From Lingula anatina (Eukaryota > Animalia > Brachiopoda), in contig CM120641.1 of the NCBI GenBank assembly GCA_051362555.1, forward strand, positions 30,510,401 through 30,574,400: a stretch of DNA of 64,000 nt. The letters run 5' to 3'. The translations under genes and the position numbers were made by a program. The notes beneath the pieces were generated by a model. That model did no database searches. It was not told the DNA's origin and worked only from the letters and a program-made list of their open reading frames with translations. Shown here in pieces: positions 40,900 through 53,306 of this stretch. Numbering within the stretch: the stretch's first letter is position 1; every line of letters starts with the position of its first letter.

Positions 40900-41285
40900 T
40901 TTGGTAATGTAATAATTCCTCAGCTCTTACACAATGTCTATGATTATCCCTTTTTCCATAACTTTCCATCATTACGTCATTACCAAAATATAATCATTCT
41001 CTTATTAGGTAATGGTATGTTACTTGACCTTAGGTCGCCATTTCTATTAATACGGATTTTTCATTGTATCATCCTGAAGGAATGATAACTATACTCCCTT
41101 ATTCTTTTGTTATTATTGAACAACACATGCACTTTTTAACTCTCTTACTTACACTGTTTAACCTCTTAATAAATGTATATTGTATCAGTTATGAAAGGTA
41201 CAATGTATTCATTACGATCACAACTTTGTATCTGTACTTTTAATCATTTTCATTACGATATACACCCTCTCTTCAAATAAATTCG
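40900..41285. repeat. Direct repeat of about 380 bp (possible LTR part); second copy at 46415-46793
   Basis: TTTGGTAATGTAATAATTCC..CAAATAAATTCG is near-identical in both copies, which bracket the env relic. Confidence 0.9.
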
Positions 41286-41915
41286 TCCTCGAATTCCCTT
41301 TTTTTTTTATTACGATATACATTCTCTCTATTTTATTGAATGTAGAAGCACAAGCATTGCATAACTAAAAAACTATTTTAAATTTTTAAAATACTGTCAT
41401 TAGACTTAATAATATGGTATAATATAGATATATATAGTTATATAGTTGACATGAAACAATGAATATATTAGAAAGGATATTGTCTTTAATGTGCGGCCCA
41501 AGAATACACATGCTGAACTTTATTAATAATTTTGTGTAACTTTAACATGTAATTCTCTTATTATGGCTCTGACACATTTTTATAATATCTTCTTAAATAC
41601 ACTACGTTGGATTATAGGGTCATGACTCCTCTTCGAATATACAGCCATCATCACCATCATTGTGACCAGCACATTGTCCGTGGTGAAAATCTGCATTTCG
41701 TTTGTTATTATCATCCATACTGTAGTGTTTTCCTTTATGGTTGTGAATAACCACTATTTATAATACATTTACGTACATCCACAATTTGTTGATATTCAAA
41801 AACAATAATTCCTTTAAAAATTTATGTTTGTTGTTCCATGTCATCTTAATTCCAATACATTAATTTGCATGCAATTTAGTCTACTGCTAATAATATATCG
41901 TTATAAAGTGTATAA

Positions 41916-44049
41916 CAGTCATTCTTTGCTAGTGGTGCACTGCAGGGGGGCCATAACAAGAATGTTATTTAAATTTAGATAGTTAACCAAATTCTCATGA
42001 CATCGTTGTGTATGTTTCAATAACAAATCAAAGAAGCTGCATGAGCAAGGAGGATGTTGTTATAAAAGAAAAAAAATAGAAAAAGCAGAAAATATATCGA
42101 AATAACCCTCAAAATGGCGTCCTTTTTTGTGGAATTTTGACCCTACCTCTATTTAAGAACAGTTTGTTTAGGGTTTGAATGGATTATTGAAGCAGGAAAT
42201 ACATCTACTGCAAGAAGATATAATAAACAGAATGTGCAAATTGTTATTTAAATAAAAATTTATTTGAAGTCACTGAAAAATGATCACAAAATTAGCTTAA
42301 CTTACGATACATGCGGTGTCCCACCCCGATGAAAATTTCATCTAATCCTATCTTTCCGTATTAAAACTGTTCAATCGTCCAAAGTAGTATGTCGGTTAGT
42401 TTGTGTCACGAAATCCAAGATAATATCAGTTTTCTTAAGAATTTCACATTTATTGCTCAGCAAGGTCGATTTTTCTTCACCGCGTCCCAATATAACGTTT
42501 GCAACGCTGAAACTTCAGAGATCGATTTTTATCAGACGACTTTAAAATGCCGCGTGAAAATTATACATCGATAGCGATCTTCTTCCATACTCACTAACTG
42601 ATGACGTCTTACACACGAATGGCTTCTTTTGCACACTAAAAAAACCAGCTCAAACTGGCGGGTGGCCCATTCTGATAACGCATAACGCAATGACGCTGTC
42701 GAGATAGGATGCAGGGCACAGGTGTAATTCCCTCGATTTAACCGTCACAGGATTGTTTATTGGGATCTTCTTTGTATGAAGGTGAGAAATAATGAGTTTC
42801 GTTTCATTTTTCTTCAATTGTTTCAACATATTTGTGTACCGATTGATTTTTACCATTCTATAAGTAGGGTGACTTCGTCTGAACTTTCGTTTTGCGTCTG
42901 TTTCACATGGGGGACTAAAGGTCATATTGAACATGGTGACGCGGTGATACCGTATTCATGTTCTCTTGTTCTCGAAAACTCAATCATTGAAATTGAATTA
43001 CTTTTTTTTAGTTTTGTCTTAAATTAAGCTGCTACACTGTATTCCGTGCGTTTAAAATTTAACCGTCTGTAAAAACAGCAATAATGGATTACTAGCAACA
43101 CTTACGTTACGCAATGAAGCACCGAAAATGGGTGAAGAAATTAAATGTGTCTCAGTAATGCGTGTTTGCCACTCATAATGCACTGTACTTTGTTTGAATA
43201 AGCAATAAACTATTTGTGATCTTAGGTTATCCATTGTTCGTTATCAGAGTTAACAGATTCTTTGTGTGATTTTTTTTCAGAATCCCAAGAGTGGATGCCT
43301 TAGTGAGCACAGAACAGATATCACCATTGGTCTACATATGTCAGGAAGAATGTTATAATTATGAACTTTGTGTTACACTGAACTTCATTTTGTTAAATTT
43401 TGTATTTAACTGAACTTTATTGTGTTAAAATAATAATAAAAAAATAATAGTTCTGATAAAAAACTACAATCTGGAACATTCTTTAGATCAACTTTGTTCA
43501 GTGTGTGTCCCATATGACAGAGTTACAGTAAATAAAATATGTGAATTATTCCTCTGTGTTTGTCAATTCCGTTTTAAAAGCATGTGAAAGTGGTGTGCCC
43601 CTCATGAATGAAGTGTGTATGGATAATAGCAAAAATATTGTTATTATTTACATGATTATAAAAAGTTTTCGACCCGCGTCAATAACGTTACCATGACCCA
43701 CATATTCACCATTTTTATTAATTATGAAATGTGGATTAAATTCTTCAAAACCAGTTTTGAAGCATTGAGACAACACCCCCTTATGATTTAAACTAAAACT
43801 GAAAACATTCCATTAGACTTTCATTAGTTTGTGCAAAATATATTACCCAGGGTAACGCGTCTTGGATTTGGTGGGTATAGCTGTTCAACTCTCCTGTGTG
43901 CCCTAAAAAGGGCAGCTGCTGTTTCCCTTTTTATGAAATGATAAACTGTGATGGTGTAGCTATCACATCGCAAAATTACAGCTTCCCAGAGAAAGTTTGA
44001 AATTTTCGGTCAAATTCAACATTTTGTAACCACTAGCAAAGAATGACAG
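41916..44049. mobile_element. 2.1-kb non-autonomous TIR DNA element with 4-bp TSD
   Basis: TIR C(A/T)GTCATTCTTTGCTAGTGGT, with ATAA on both sides. Confidence 0.75.
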
Positions 44050-44721
44050 ATAAAGTCTAAGGTAACAACAATATACTTACATGTATATTATTTAATAGTA
44101 ATCCTTAACATATTACGCAATATGTCAATGACATTTAAATCATTAACCATTTGTCAAGGATATAATGTTTTATAATTTGAATAATTAAATTAAAGTTCAT
44201 TCAATGAAAATAATGTTTATTCTGCATCATTTACAACAAAATAAACGTCTAGTCCGTGTTTGTGACTATTATTGTGAATAAATGTCCACAGTTTCCTGTA
44301 CATTCACTAATATCCAATTGGACATCTCCACTTATATTTCCATTATAAATCATTCATAAATGTCAATTAAATATGAAATTATGTCATATTCATTCACTGA
44401 ATAATTCATTGTGACAATATTAAGAATATAATATACGTATATGTATGTACATTAAAAGTCAATGTTCATTTGTTCCAACATTTTGTCTCTGGAACAGAGT
44501 TCATTACATTTCATGTAAAATCAGTTCATTTCATTTCAATGTCATATGTCCATCTGAATTTATTAATTATTGGTACATTCCATACACATAAACACATTTA
44601 ACATAAATAATATTTCTAAATACAAACTGTCGTACACACATCATGAATGCAATTGCTATGCTCCGTAATTTTACTTTGCCGTTCTTTTAAAATTTGATGG
44701 TTTGAGAATATCAAGTTATAT

Positions 44722-46370
44722 TTAAGATTCTAATTTCGATCCGGTGCACGTTGGTGGACAATATCGAATGTAGGATAACATTCCAGCATGTTTAATGGCT
44801 AAAAATTTGTAAAATTCGCGATCAATAGTTTTGTTTAATTGTATTGCTTTTATAAACGAAATCGGAACACGTGCTGGTAGTTGTATTGTCTGACCAGTTA
44901 CGTAGTTTGTTATCACCAAATCGTGCCAATCAATCAATAAATTTGATCTAATTTTACCTTCAATTTGCAAAATATCAGAGATCTGCGTCATATGAAAATG
45001 CCAGGAATGAGGACTGCCATTCAGTTGAATAATAGGAATGGTAATGCATCGTTGGTCATTGGCAATTTCTAAAATAAGAAGTGCCTTGTGGAAGATGCAT
45101 AATTTCTTAATAATTTTATCTCGTATCCAAACTATAGCCAAAATTACACAAACACATGCAATTAGAAATGTTATGAAGGAATATGGATCATCACAAGTTG
45201 TTTGTACTTCATAATTAATTTTTGTAGTTGTACCCAATATCCATGTTAGTACAGTTGGCATCGTTTCACCTGTATTAACATTTTTAAGGGTCATCACTGT
45301 TAACGTTAAAATGCGAATCTTGATACATAAGTAGATCACAACGAGCATAATCGCACTCGAAACTGCTAAGGAAATCCAAACTAAAAATTGTTTTGAATTT
45401 GATGGAAGCAAAATCTCATTTGCTGCAATAGCATCTGCCATTGAAGAATACATTCTTTCATTGTGTTTTGCTGCTTAAGCTAGTTTTCTTAAATTCAAAT
45501 GGTCTTTCATATCCTGCGCTAAAAATTTCGAAAAATCTTGTTGGTACATGTGTAATCTGGAAGAATTAGTATCAAGGGGTTGAGAAAAGAAATCATTACG
45601 TTGATATTTCTTTATTGGAATAAAAATATTGCTGTAAACCAAGATTAACAGGGTGTAATTTTGTAATTGATGTATCATTCTTGAAATCATAAACACGCGG
45701 AGGCAAATAAAAACTATCTAAGGTTAAACCGCAAAAACATGAGTAATGTATCACACAATATTGACAGCCTGGTTGGGAAGTAGTACTTGTAGGGCACTCC
45801 ACTGTTATATCAGTGATATTATATAACAACAATTTTCCTATTGATAATTCGCGCACGTTGGGTTGAACGACATTATGCAGAAAACGGAAATTACAAGTTT
45901 CAGTGGTAACGTCTGAAGGTGACAAGTCAAAAAATAATGCTGTAACACAGGAGAAATGCGTCGCAGTCCTGAAAGGATACACGAAAGGACATAATTTGAC
46001 ATGATCTCCATGACATTTCTTCCAGGTAGGATTATTCATGGGAAAATAATGTTGTTTATCGTGAGAAATAGCCAAATATTTTGGTAGATCCAGTATTTGT
46101 GAAGCGTGGTTTGTAGATTGATTTAAAGGAACGGGGAATGTTTTTACTTCATAAACCTCTAATGTATGGGGATAGGCAGAAATAGGAATTTGTAGGTTAA
46201 TGAATAATGAATTTTTGTGTTTTCCATATGTAAATTGTCCTTCATTGAAATAATATTTAGGATTTAAATAAATAACATGTAGCGGATTGATCGATTTCTG
46301 TGCTTCCTTTTCAATTTGAATAATAATCTGTTTTAGATGGTCTTGGGAAACCAACAATGGCGATAATACT
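44722..46370 (-). pseudogene. 5'-truncated class I fusion/envelope glycoprotein (baculovirus F / errantivirus env-like)
   Basis: Three ORFs join through one frameshift (near 45600) and one in-frame stop (45475). Features are LSPLLVS..L..I, LQIPI..EVY..FPVP, a Cys-rich region, N-glycosylation sequons and TM FLVWISLAVSSAIMLVVIYLC. Confidence 0.75.
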
Positions 46371-47599
46371 AAGGTCAAGTAACATACCATTACCTAATAA
46401 GAGAATGATTATATTTTGGTAATGTAATAATTCCTCAGCTCTTACACAATGTCTATGATTATCCCTTTTTCCGTAACTTTCCATCATTACGTCATTACCA
46501 AAATATAATCATTCTCTTATTAGGTAATGGTATGTTACTTGACCTTGGGTCGCCATTTCTACGGATTTTTCATTGTATCATCCTGAAGGAATGATAACTA
46601 TACTCCCTTATTCTTTTGTTATTATTGAACAACACATGCACTTTTAACTCTCTTACTTACACTGTTTAACCTCTTAACAAATGTATATTGTATCAGTTAT
46701 GAAAGGTACAATGTATTCATTACGATCACAACTTTGTATCTGTACTTTTAATCATTTTCATTACGATATACACCCTCTCTTCAAATAAATTCGATAGTAA
46801 ATACGATAGTAATACTCACTGCACGTGGCTGTGATGACAATACAATTAAATCTAGGAAACCAATCGATTGAGCAATGAGCGGATCTGGTTTCATTATCCT
46901 TATAAACCCCCTCTTCCCCCCCCCCCCACACACGCAAACACGCGCGCGCACAAACAGCTTTTGATAATAAAAAAAAAATATGAGACTGAAATTTCTTTCA
47001 GGTGCGCACGCAAACATTTCAAAAATTGTACGCATAATTCCAAACAAAATATATTAAAAATTTACCACATATCCGATCCTAGGTTTCACTTGTCGTATAC
47101 GATGTCCTATGGTGTCCATGTATTGCCCATATGCCCCTACTCGTGGAGCGTCCGCCACTTAACTTCAAGGTCATGTGGGGAAAATTGTACGTCGCCTGTA
47201 CCGAACGTAAGCATGCTAGCCCATATACAACTACAGTACAAAATATACGAAAAATTTGATTTCGATTTCATCGTACTGCGTCTGTGAAAAATGTAGCCTT
47301 GGCTGATAATGATAAGAACGCTGATAATGATAATCTCTCCAGAGGTGATTTCCGACTTTAGTTCTAGATGCTTGTGTGTAATTTAATATGGTCCACCAAA
47401 ATGTTCCTGCTTGTATTTGAATTAATTTGGTTTTCGATTTTATAAATGTCTCAATTAGACCTATTTTAACTTTTTTCCCTCTTTCGCACGCGTTTTAAAC
47501 CTCTTAATCTTTCTTGCTACATGTAACCCAAAATATGAGTGGATATTTCAAATGAGCCATATTCCGCAGTTATTATGCTGTGGGTATTATTTGCTTTTA

Positions 47600-48072
47600 C
47601 AGGGCCGTAGCCTGAGCAAAATGTCAGGGGGGCAGTGAGGGGACACGAGGGGGCGAACCCCCCAAGGGGGGAGGGAGTGGGAAGGGGTGTCCCCCTCCCA
47701 CGGTGTGGAAAATTTTAAAAAACTGTATGTATAATACTGCATTCTGGTGCATTTTAACTGTTATTTATTGCTCAATCAGAAGTCAGAAATTGTGGGTTCA
47801 CTTTGCCATAAGTACAGTCATTTTTTCAACACAACTCGCCAATTGGACTTTTTGGCATGAACTGAGTTGGCTAAAATCAGTACACCTTTGTAAACAGATT
47901 GTTGATTGATTGTCTAGTGGCCATGAGTGCATTTTCTCACAGAATTGATACCAACTTTGCAATTATTTTCTTTTTACCTTTGCGATTATTTATTATTATT
48001 ATTTTTTTTTTGCACCTCAAATCCCAGGTTGGGCAGCTGCCCCCCCCTGCCCCCTCGGAGGCTACGGCCCTG
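47600..48072. mobile_element. MITE with TIR CAGGGCCGTAGCC
   Basis: TTTTA is duplicated. The empty site is in the paralogous segment near 55025. Confidence 0.9.
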
Positions 48073-48095
48073 TTTTACAGTACATAGATTAGCCA

Positions 48096-51000
48096 CCCAG
48101 ACAGCCTCAGTAATCTGGCCCACGTCTGGCCCAGATCTGGCAACGTCTGGCAATATCTGGGCCAGATTTTGCCAGACACTTGCCAGATCTGGGCCAAGTC
48201 TGGCAAAGTCTGGCATTTATGCCACATTTTGCCAGACACTTGCCAGATCTGGGCCAAGTCTGGCAAAGTCTGGCATTTATGCCACATTTTGCCAGATGCT
48301 GCCCAGACTTGGGCCAGATATGGTACTTTCATTTTCAATTTTTATTTTCTATTTATTTATTTTTTATTGACCACTGAGCTGAATGCATTGAACTGACGTC
48401 ATTTGATAAATTTTGATTTAATTTATCTCTCTCTCTTTTCTTCAAAGTCCCCTCATAAGTGTGCTATTTGTTTAATTTGACTTGACATTTGAATGAATTC
48501 ACTGATCTAAAACTTTTTTGGACTACTCGTTCCGCTGTTGTAAGATTCCGCTTTTTATGCTAAGCCGGTCAAGGACCCGGATGTAGCGTTTCTTAGAGTT
48601 ATGGATATGAAAAAAGCACAAGCGTATTAAACTGATACAATTCGTTGAGTGATTTGATTCGTGGTGCGATTTATTTCGAAGACATAAACACTGGCGACGA
48701 GGATAAACACTAGTGCAAAACTGTGAGCCAACTTTCTTTGAAAAAAATGGAGGAAAAATGTGAAATTACGGAATTCGAACCGTACAGAAGTCCGGAGACA
48801 TTAGGGTCACGCTCGACGCGATGGCTAGACAGTTTAAACTCTTCGCTGACGGAAAAGATTGATCTTTTCAAAACCAACGGACGGCATGAATAATGAACAA
48901 AGATAGAAAATTAAAAATACATGACAGAGGAGACGCGCTTACGTTGTATTCAGCAGGGACAGGTGTACAAGATATTTTCAGGACTCTCCATAACACAGGT
49001 TATAAACATGAATATACATAAAACAGTTAACGCTTTGAATGAAATTGGAACACCAGAAACTGTGAGGATGATGAAACCGAAGTCATTTGACAAACCAAGC
49101 CAGTCTAAACATTACGAGTTTAGACATGAAAAACGAAGTAGAAACTCCCTGACTGAGAAAACATGGAACGTTGGATCACTTTGCAAAAGTCTGCAAAACT
49201 GAAACTATTATTCATGTAAATGACAGCTTTGAACATGATAATCCAGGAGTGCATATACATTTGGTGTGGGAACCAATGCAATATACACGGAAAACATGGA
49301 GGAAATAGAGGAGGTGTTTATCTCAGTGTATTACCAGATTCAGATGCATATAATATTGTAATATCATTGATGAAAATACACGGAGAATGCTGAAATCCAA
49401 GAAAAATAAATGTGGCTCTTGTGGAGGACCAGAAAACAAACAGTATTATTCATACACGTCTGAGAAACCTTTAAAAGTGAAGGGAACATTTGAATGTGAC
49501 GTAAAGGCAAGCAAAGGAAGAGACCAGTAGTATTTGATGGGATTTGATATGAGTTGATTAGTTTTGAGAATTTTCACTGTGGTTTAAGGAATAAAAGTTG
49601 GAGTTCATATGCTATTCTGCAAATGTTTGAAAAGACATTTTAAAGACTGAACTGTCAATTAACATGTTTTGAAAGGACCGTTTCTCTCCAAGAAAGGAAG
49701 GGATGTTGTGTTTTGACTTGACATTTGAATGAACTGTTGTTAACTTGGTAGAGTTACTTGTTCAATTGTTGATTCCTTTAATAATTATAAGCTTGTCAAG
49801 GAGCCGGGTGAATCATTTCTTAGTGTTATGGATTTGAAAAAAAGCGCAAGCATTGCAAACTGGTTCAATTCATTGAGTGATTTGATTCGTGATGTGATTT
49901 AATTAAAAAATTGATACTGGGGTTTGTTTTTGTGCACATGTAATTCTCTTTTAATTGTACATCTATATCTGTGCTGGAGTATACATATTTTTTTTTCAGA
50001 ATTTACATGTATGTACAGTACTGTAGCCAGCATGCAAGTTGAATCGAAACAGTTACTGCATGGTTATTTATAATTTTGTTATAACTCTCCATCATCTAAA
50101 AAACAATGTTTTTTCATTCATTTTTCAAGATTTATTCATTACAAAACTATATTCATTAGTGATTATTATTATTAATGATATGTTTGAATTAGTTTAAAAA
50201 TGACAATGTATAATATTATTTAGGTTGAGGTGTGCAAAAATATTTCCCCCTCAAACCCCTCCCCCCATGTACATGCATAATTAATTACAATTTTTGTAAT
50301 TTGTGTTAATTCAGATTCGATGAGCAGCTTTGTGTTGAAAAAAATTGTTATAACTGTTTTCTTTACATGTATGTAAGTGACATTTCCTCCTGTTAAGTGT
50401 CTGTATATTTGCCTTTTTGCAGTGTAGTTTTTTTTTTCAAACATACATTGTTTTGTACAAAAAGACAAGGAGTGACCCTTTATTTGTTACATGTTAGTTG
50501 CCAGCAAGGTTATATAATGTGTAATAATTTTTTTTTAGGGTTTTAGCACAGAATAAATACTTGAATCTTGAATCTTGTATGTCTTTTTTTATAGTAATCT
50601 TATTGAATAATTAAAAATAATTTAAAAAAAGAAAAAAAAAAAACAATCTGGGCCATATGTGGTCCATGTCCGGCCCTAATCTGGCCCACATCTGGTCCAC
50701 ATCCGGCATGCCATACCTTTGCCAGATATTGCCAGATCTGGGCCAACATCTGGCCACATGAGCAAATGTGAAATAATAAAAAAAAAAAACAATCTGGGCC
50801 ATATGTGGTCCATGTCTGGCCCTAATCTGGCCCATTTGAATATGATCTGGCCCACATCTGGTCCACATCTGGCATGCCATACCTTTGCCAGATATTGCCA
50901 GATCTGGGCCGACATCTGGCCATATGAGCAAATGTGGACTGGGCCAGATGTGGCAATGTCTGGGCCAGATCTGGCCCAAACATTGCCACATCTGGCCCAC

Positions 51001-51098
51001 ATGTGGCAAGCCATACGTGGGCCATACCTTTTGCCAGACATTGCCAGACGTTGCCAGATCTGGGCCAGACGTGGGCCAGATCACTGAGGCTGTCTGGG
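48096..51098. mobile_element. EnSpm/CMC-like non-autonomous element
   Basis: TIR of about 65 bp starting CCCAGACAGCCTCAGT, 2-bp TSD CA confirmed by the empty site near 55045, and subterminal GCCAGATCTGG repeats. Confidence 0.9.
48460..49905 (+). mobile_element. Internally deleted Gypsy LTR retrotransposon
   Basis: Diverged direct repeats at about 48460-48690 and 49704-49905. PBS TGGCGACGAGGAT at 48692 (tRNA-Ser(GCT)-like), PPT AAGAAAGGAAGGGA before TG at 49704, and gag/protease traces (KPLKVKGTF). Confidence 0.75.
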
Positions 51099-52430
51099 CA
51101 TCTATTTAACCAGGGACGCATCTTTTAATATCTAGTAAAAAATCAATCTATGGCCCTGGTAGAGGGTAGCCAGAGGCTGCGGTGTGTTGATTTTGATGCT
51201 GTCTCAACCATGATTGTGACGGACTCCACAAATATCAGTCAATTGTGTTAGTGAAGACATAACGCGAGACGGGGAGGGGGATGAAAGGTTTACAAAGAAA
51301 TTACCTAATAAGTCATTGGAAATGACAGTATGCTATTTTAGTTTAAATTAGATGTCGATGAACCATTCAGTAAATGACAATATGCTATTTTAGTTTAAAT
51401 TAGATGTCGACGAACCATTCAATAGAGAAAATTAGATTAAAAGGAAATATGTTGAAGCGGCACAAAAATGATGGAGGGGGAGGGTATGATAATGGTATAA
51501 AAGGTTTGGGAGAGTCGGGGAAATTGAGTTTTGAGTGCGTTGGGGTGTTTAGGCCTACTGATGTCCTTTAACTTTAACACACCAGGTTATACAAACTTTT
51601 ACAACTTTTGTCTCTAAAAAACTGTACAGATTAATCTTTTTTACTTATATAACTACCGTTTGTTTCTACTATAGTATTTCACAAAGATGAACTTTAAAGA
51701 TGACGTCTATTTAGAAAGAGCGCCATTACTAAAAACGCAGCACTGGAAAATTAACTGGCAAAGCATCAACGCTACGTTACAAATGGAACATAAAGTGCCG
51801 ACAGAATCTACGTGGAGTCAAAGTTTGCTATTTTTGAACAAGCCACACAACGGAGACTGAAATATCGGAGCGCAAAATATGACTTGTTTTAATTATTGAT
51901 TAAAAATAGGCTGTTAGTAGAAATTCTTAAAATATTGAATGACTCTAAATGGAATTTAATAAATTTCTTAATTGCTTATTTGATTTTTCTATATCATTTT
52001 GTAAAGTCAGAGTATTTTATAATAGTAAACGGCTAACAACACAATTCTAACCGACGCGTTACTTTCCAAAGCATAAAAATAGGTGTGTGTGTGTGTGTAT
52101 GTGTGTGTGTGTGTAGGCCTATGTGTATGCGTGCGTGTGTGTGTGCGCGCGCGCGTCGGGGTGGAGGGCATGGGTCTTGCACGGGAATCTTCCTCTCTGA
52201 CAATTGTCAATGTTGACAGGGTACGTAATGGTACGGGAGAATATTGAGGAAGTTGAGTTACAACAGGGTTAATGCTACAGTATTTATTCTCAGAGTCTGT
52301 CTCAACATGATTGTGACGGTGCCCATGAATTTCATCATATTGTGCTAGTGAAGACAGCGATAAAGCATAGAGGGCGCTGATGTGATAATCTTTTTTTATA
52401 ATTTCTCCGGAGTATCACAATAATTTTTTA
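51099..52430 (+). repeat. Local segmental duplication, paralogous to about 54963-56655 (also includes 47551-47599 and 48073-48095)
   Basis: Colinear similarity, for example AAAATCAATCTATGGCCCTGGTAGAGGGTAGCCAGAGGCTGCGG in both copies. Confidence 0.9.
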
Positions 52431-52941
52431 TATATCACAGTGGCTGGACCTTGGTCATATCTGTTGCGATGCCAAACCCCCCTCCCGCCTTGCACAAGTA
52501 TCTTGGTCGCAGTCCATTACAAATCCAATGTGTCACCTCTTGCACAGCGCCATCTACACTCAACAATGTTTACATATGGCGCGTGCAAATGGCGACGCTG
52601 AAAAGCCGGACTTTTCATCAAACGTTCTGTACACTGAGTGTCATCTTCCATCAGGGCACTTTTCTTAGATGGTTTTGTTATATATTCTGTTGGCAAACTT
52701 TATCGGTGAGTTCAGGATAAGACATATGAAGTGAAGAACACACATGGTATCGACTGTGTTAGTTGTGCACTGTTCACATCACGATGCAATGTAGTACGAA
52801 ACGCATTAGCACTCCTATTGACCTTGTGTTAGCACACTGTGTTAGTACAGCCAGTACATATCAGAATCGTCAATAGGAGTACTAACGCATGAATTTTCGT
52901 GCTAGATGCAATGTGCTGGGGAAGATTTAACAATGAGCTAG

Positions 52942-53306
52942 TGTTGGAATATGATAACATAATTATCATAATTAATTATGCTGAAATAAATCCCAGCATT
53001 CCCTGTTCTTCCGGTTTGCTGTTTTGAAGTGAAAAGGCGTGTTTGTTCGTATCTCCTTGAATCCACTTTATTAAAATGACATCCGTCAGTAGCGCAACAG
53101 GTTATGGGCCCCGAGGACGCCTTTTATTCAATGGAGACAAAAAGAAGTACGAACTATGGGAAACCAAATTTTTAGGATATCTGCATCTTCAAGGATTAAA
53201 GCAGACGATTCTGCCGGGAGCGGAGACGCCAGAGGATTTTCACTCCAAAAACGAGACAGCGTATGCAGAGCTCATACAGTGTCTGGACGACAGAAGTCTC
53301 AGCTTA
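52942..53306 (+). mobile_element. Copia remnant: 5' LTR (52942-53099), PBS and gag N-terminus
   Basis: LTR TGTTG..CAACA, PBS GGTTATGGGCCC, and gag FNGDKKKYELWETKFLGYL..AYAELIQCLDDRSLSL. Confidence 0.85.

Noticed and set aside
47927-51128. ARSGP-repeat ORFs at 47927-48396 and 50611-51128
   Set aside because: They are subterminal repeats of a DNA transposon, not proteins.
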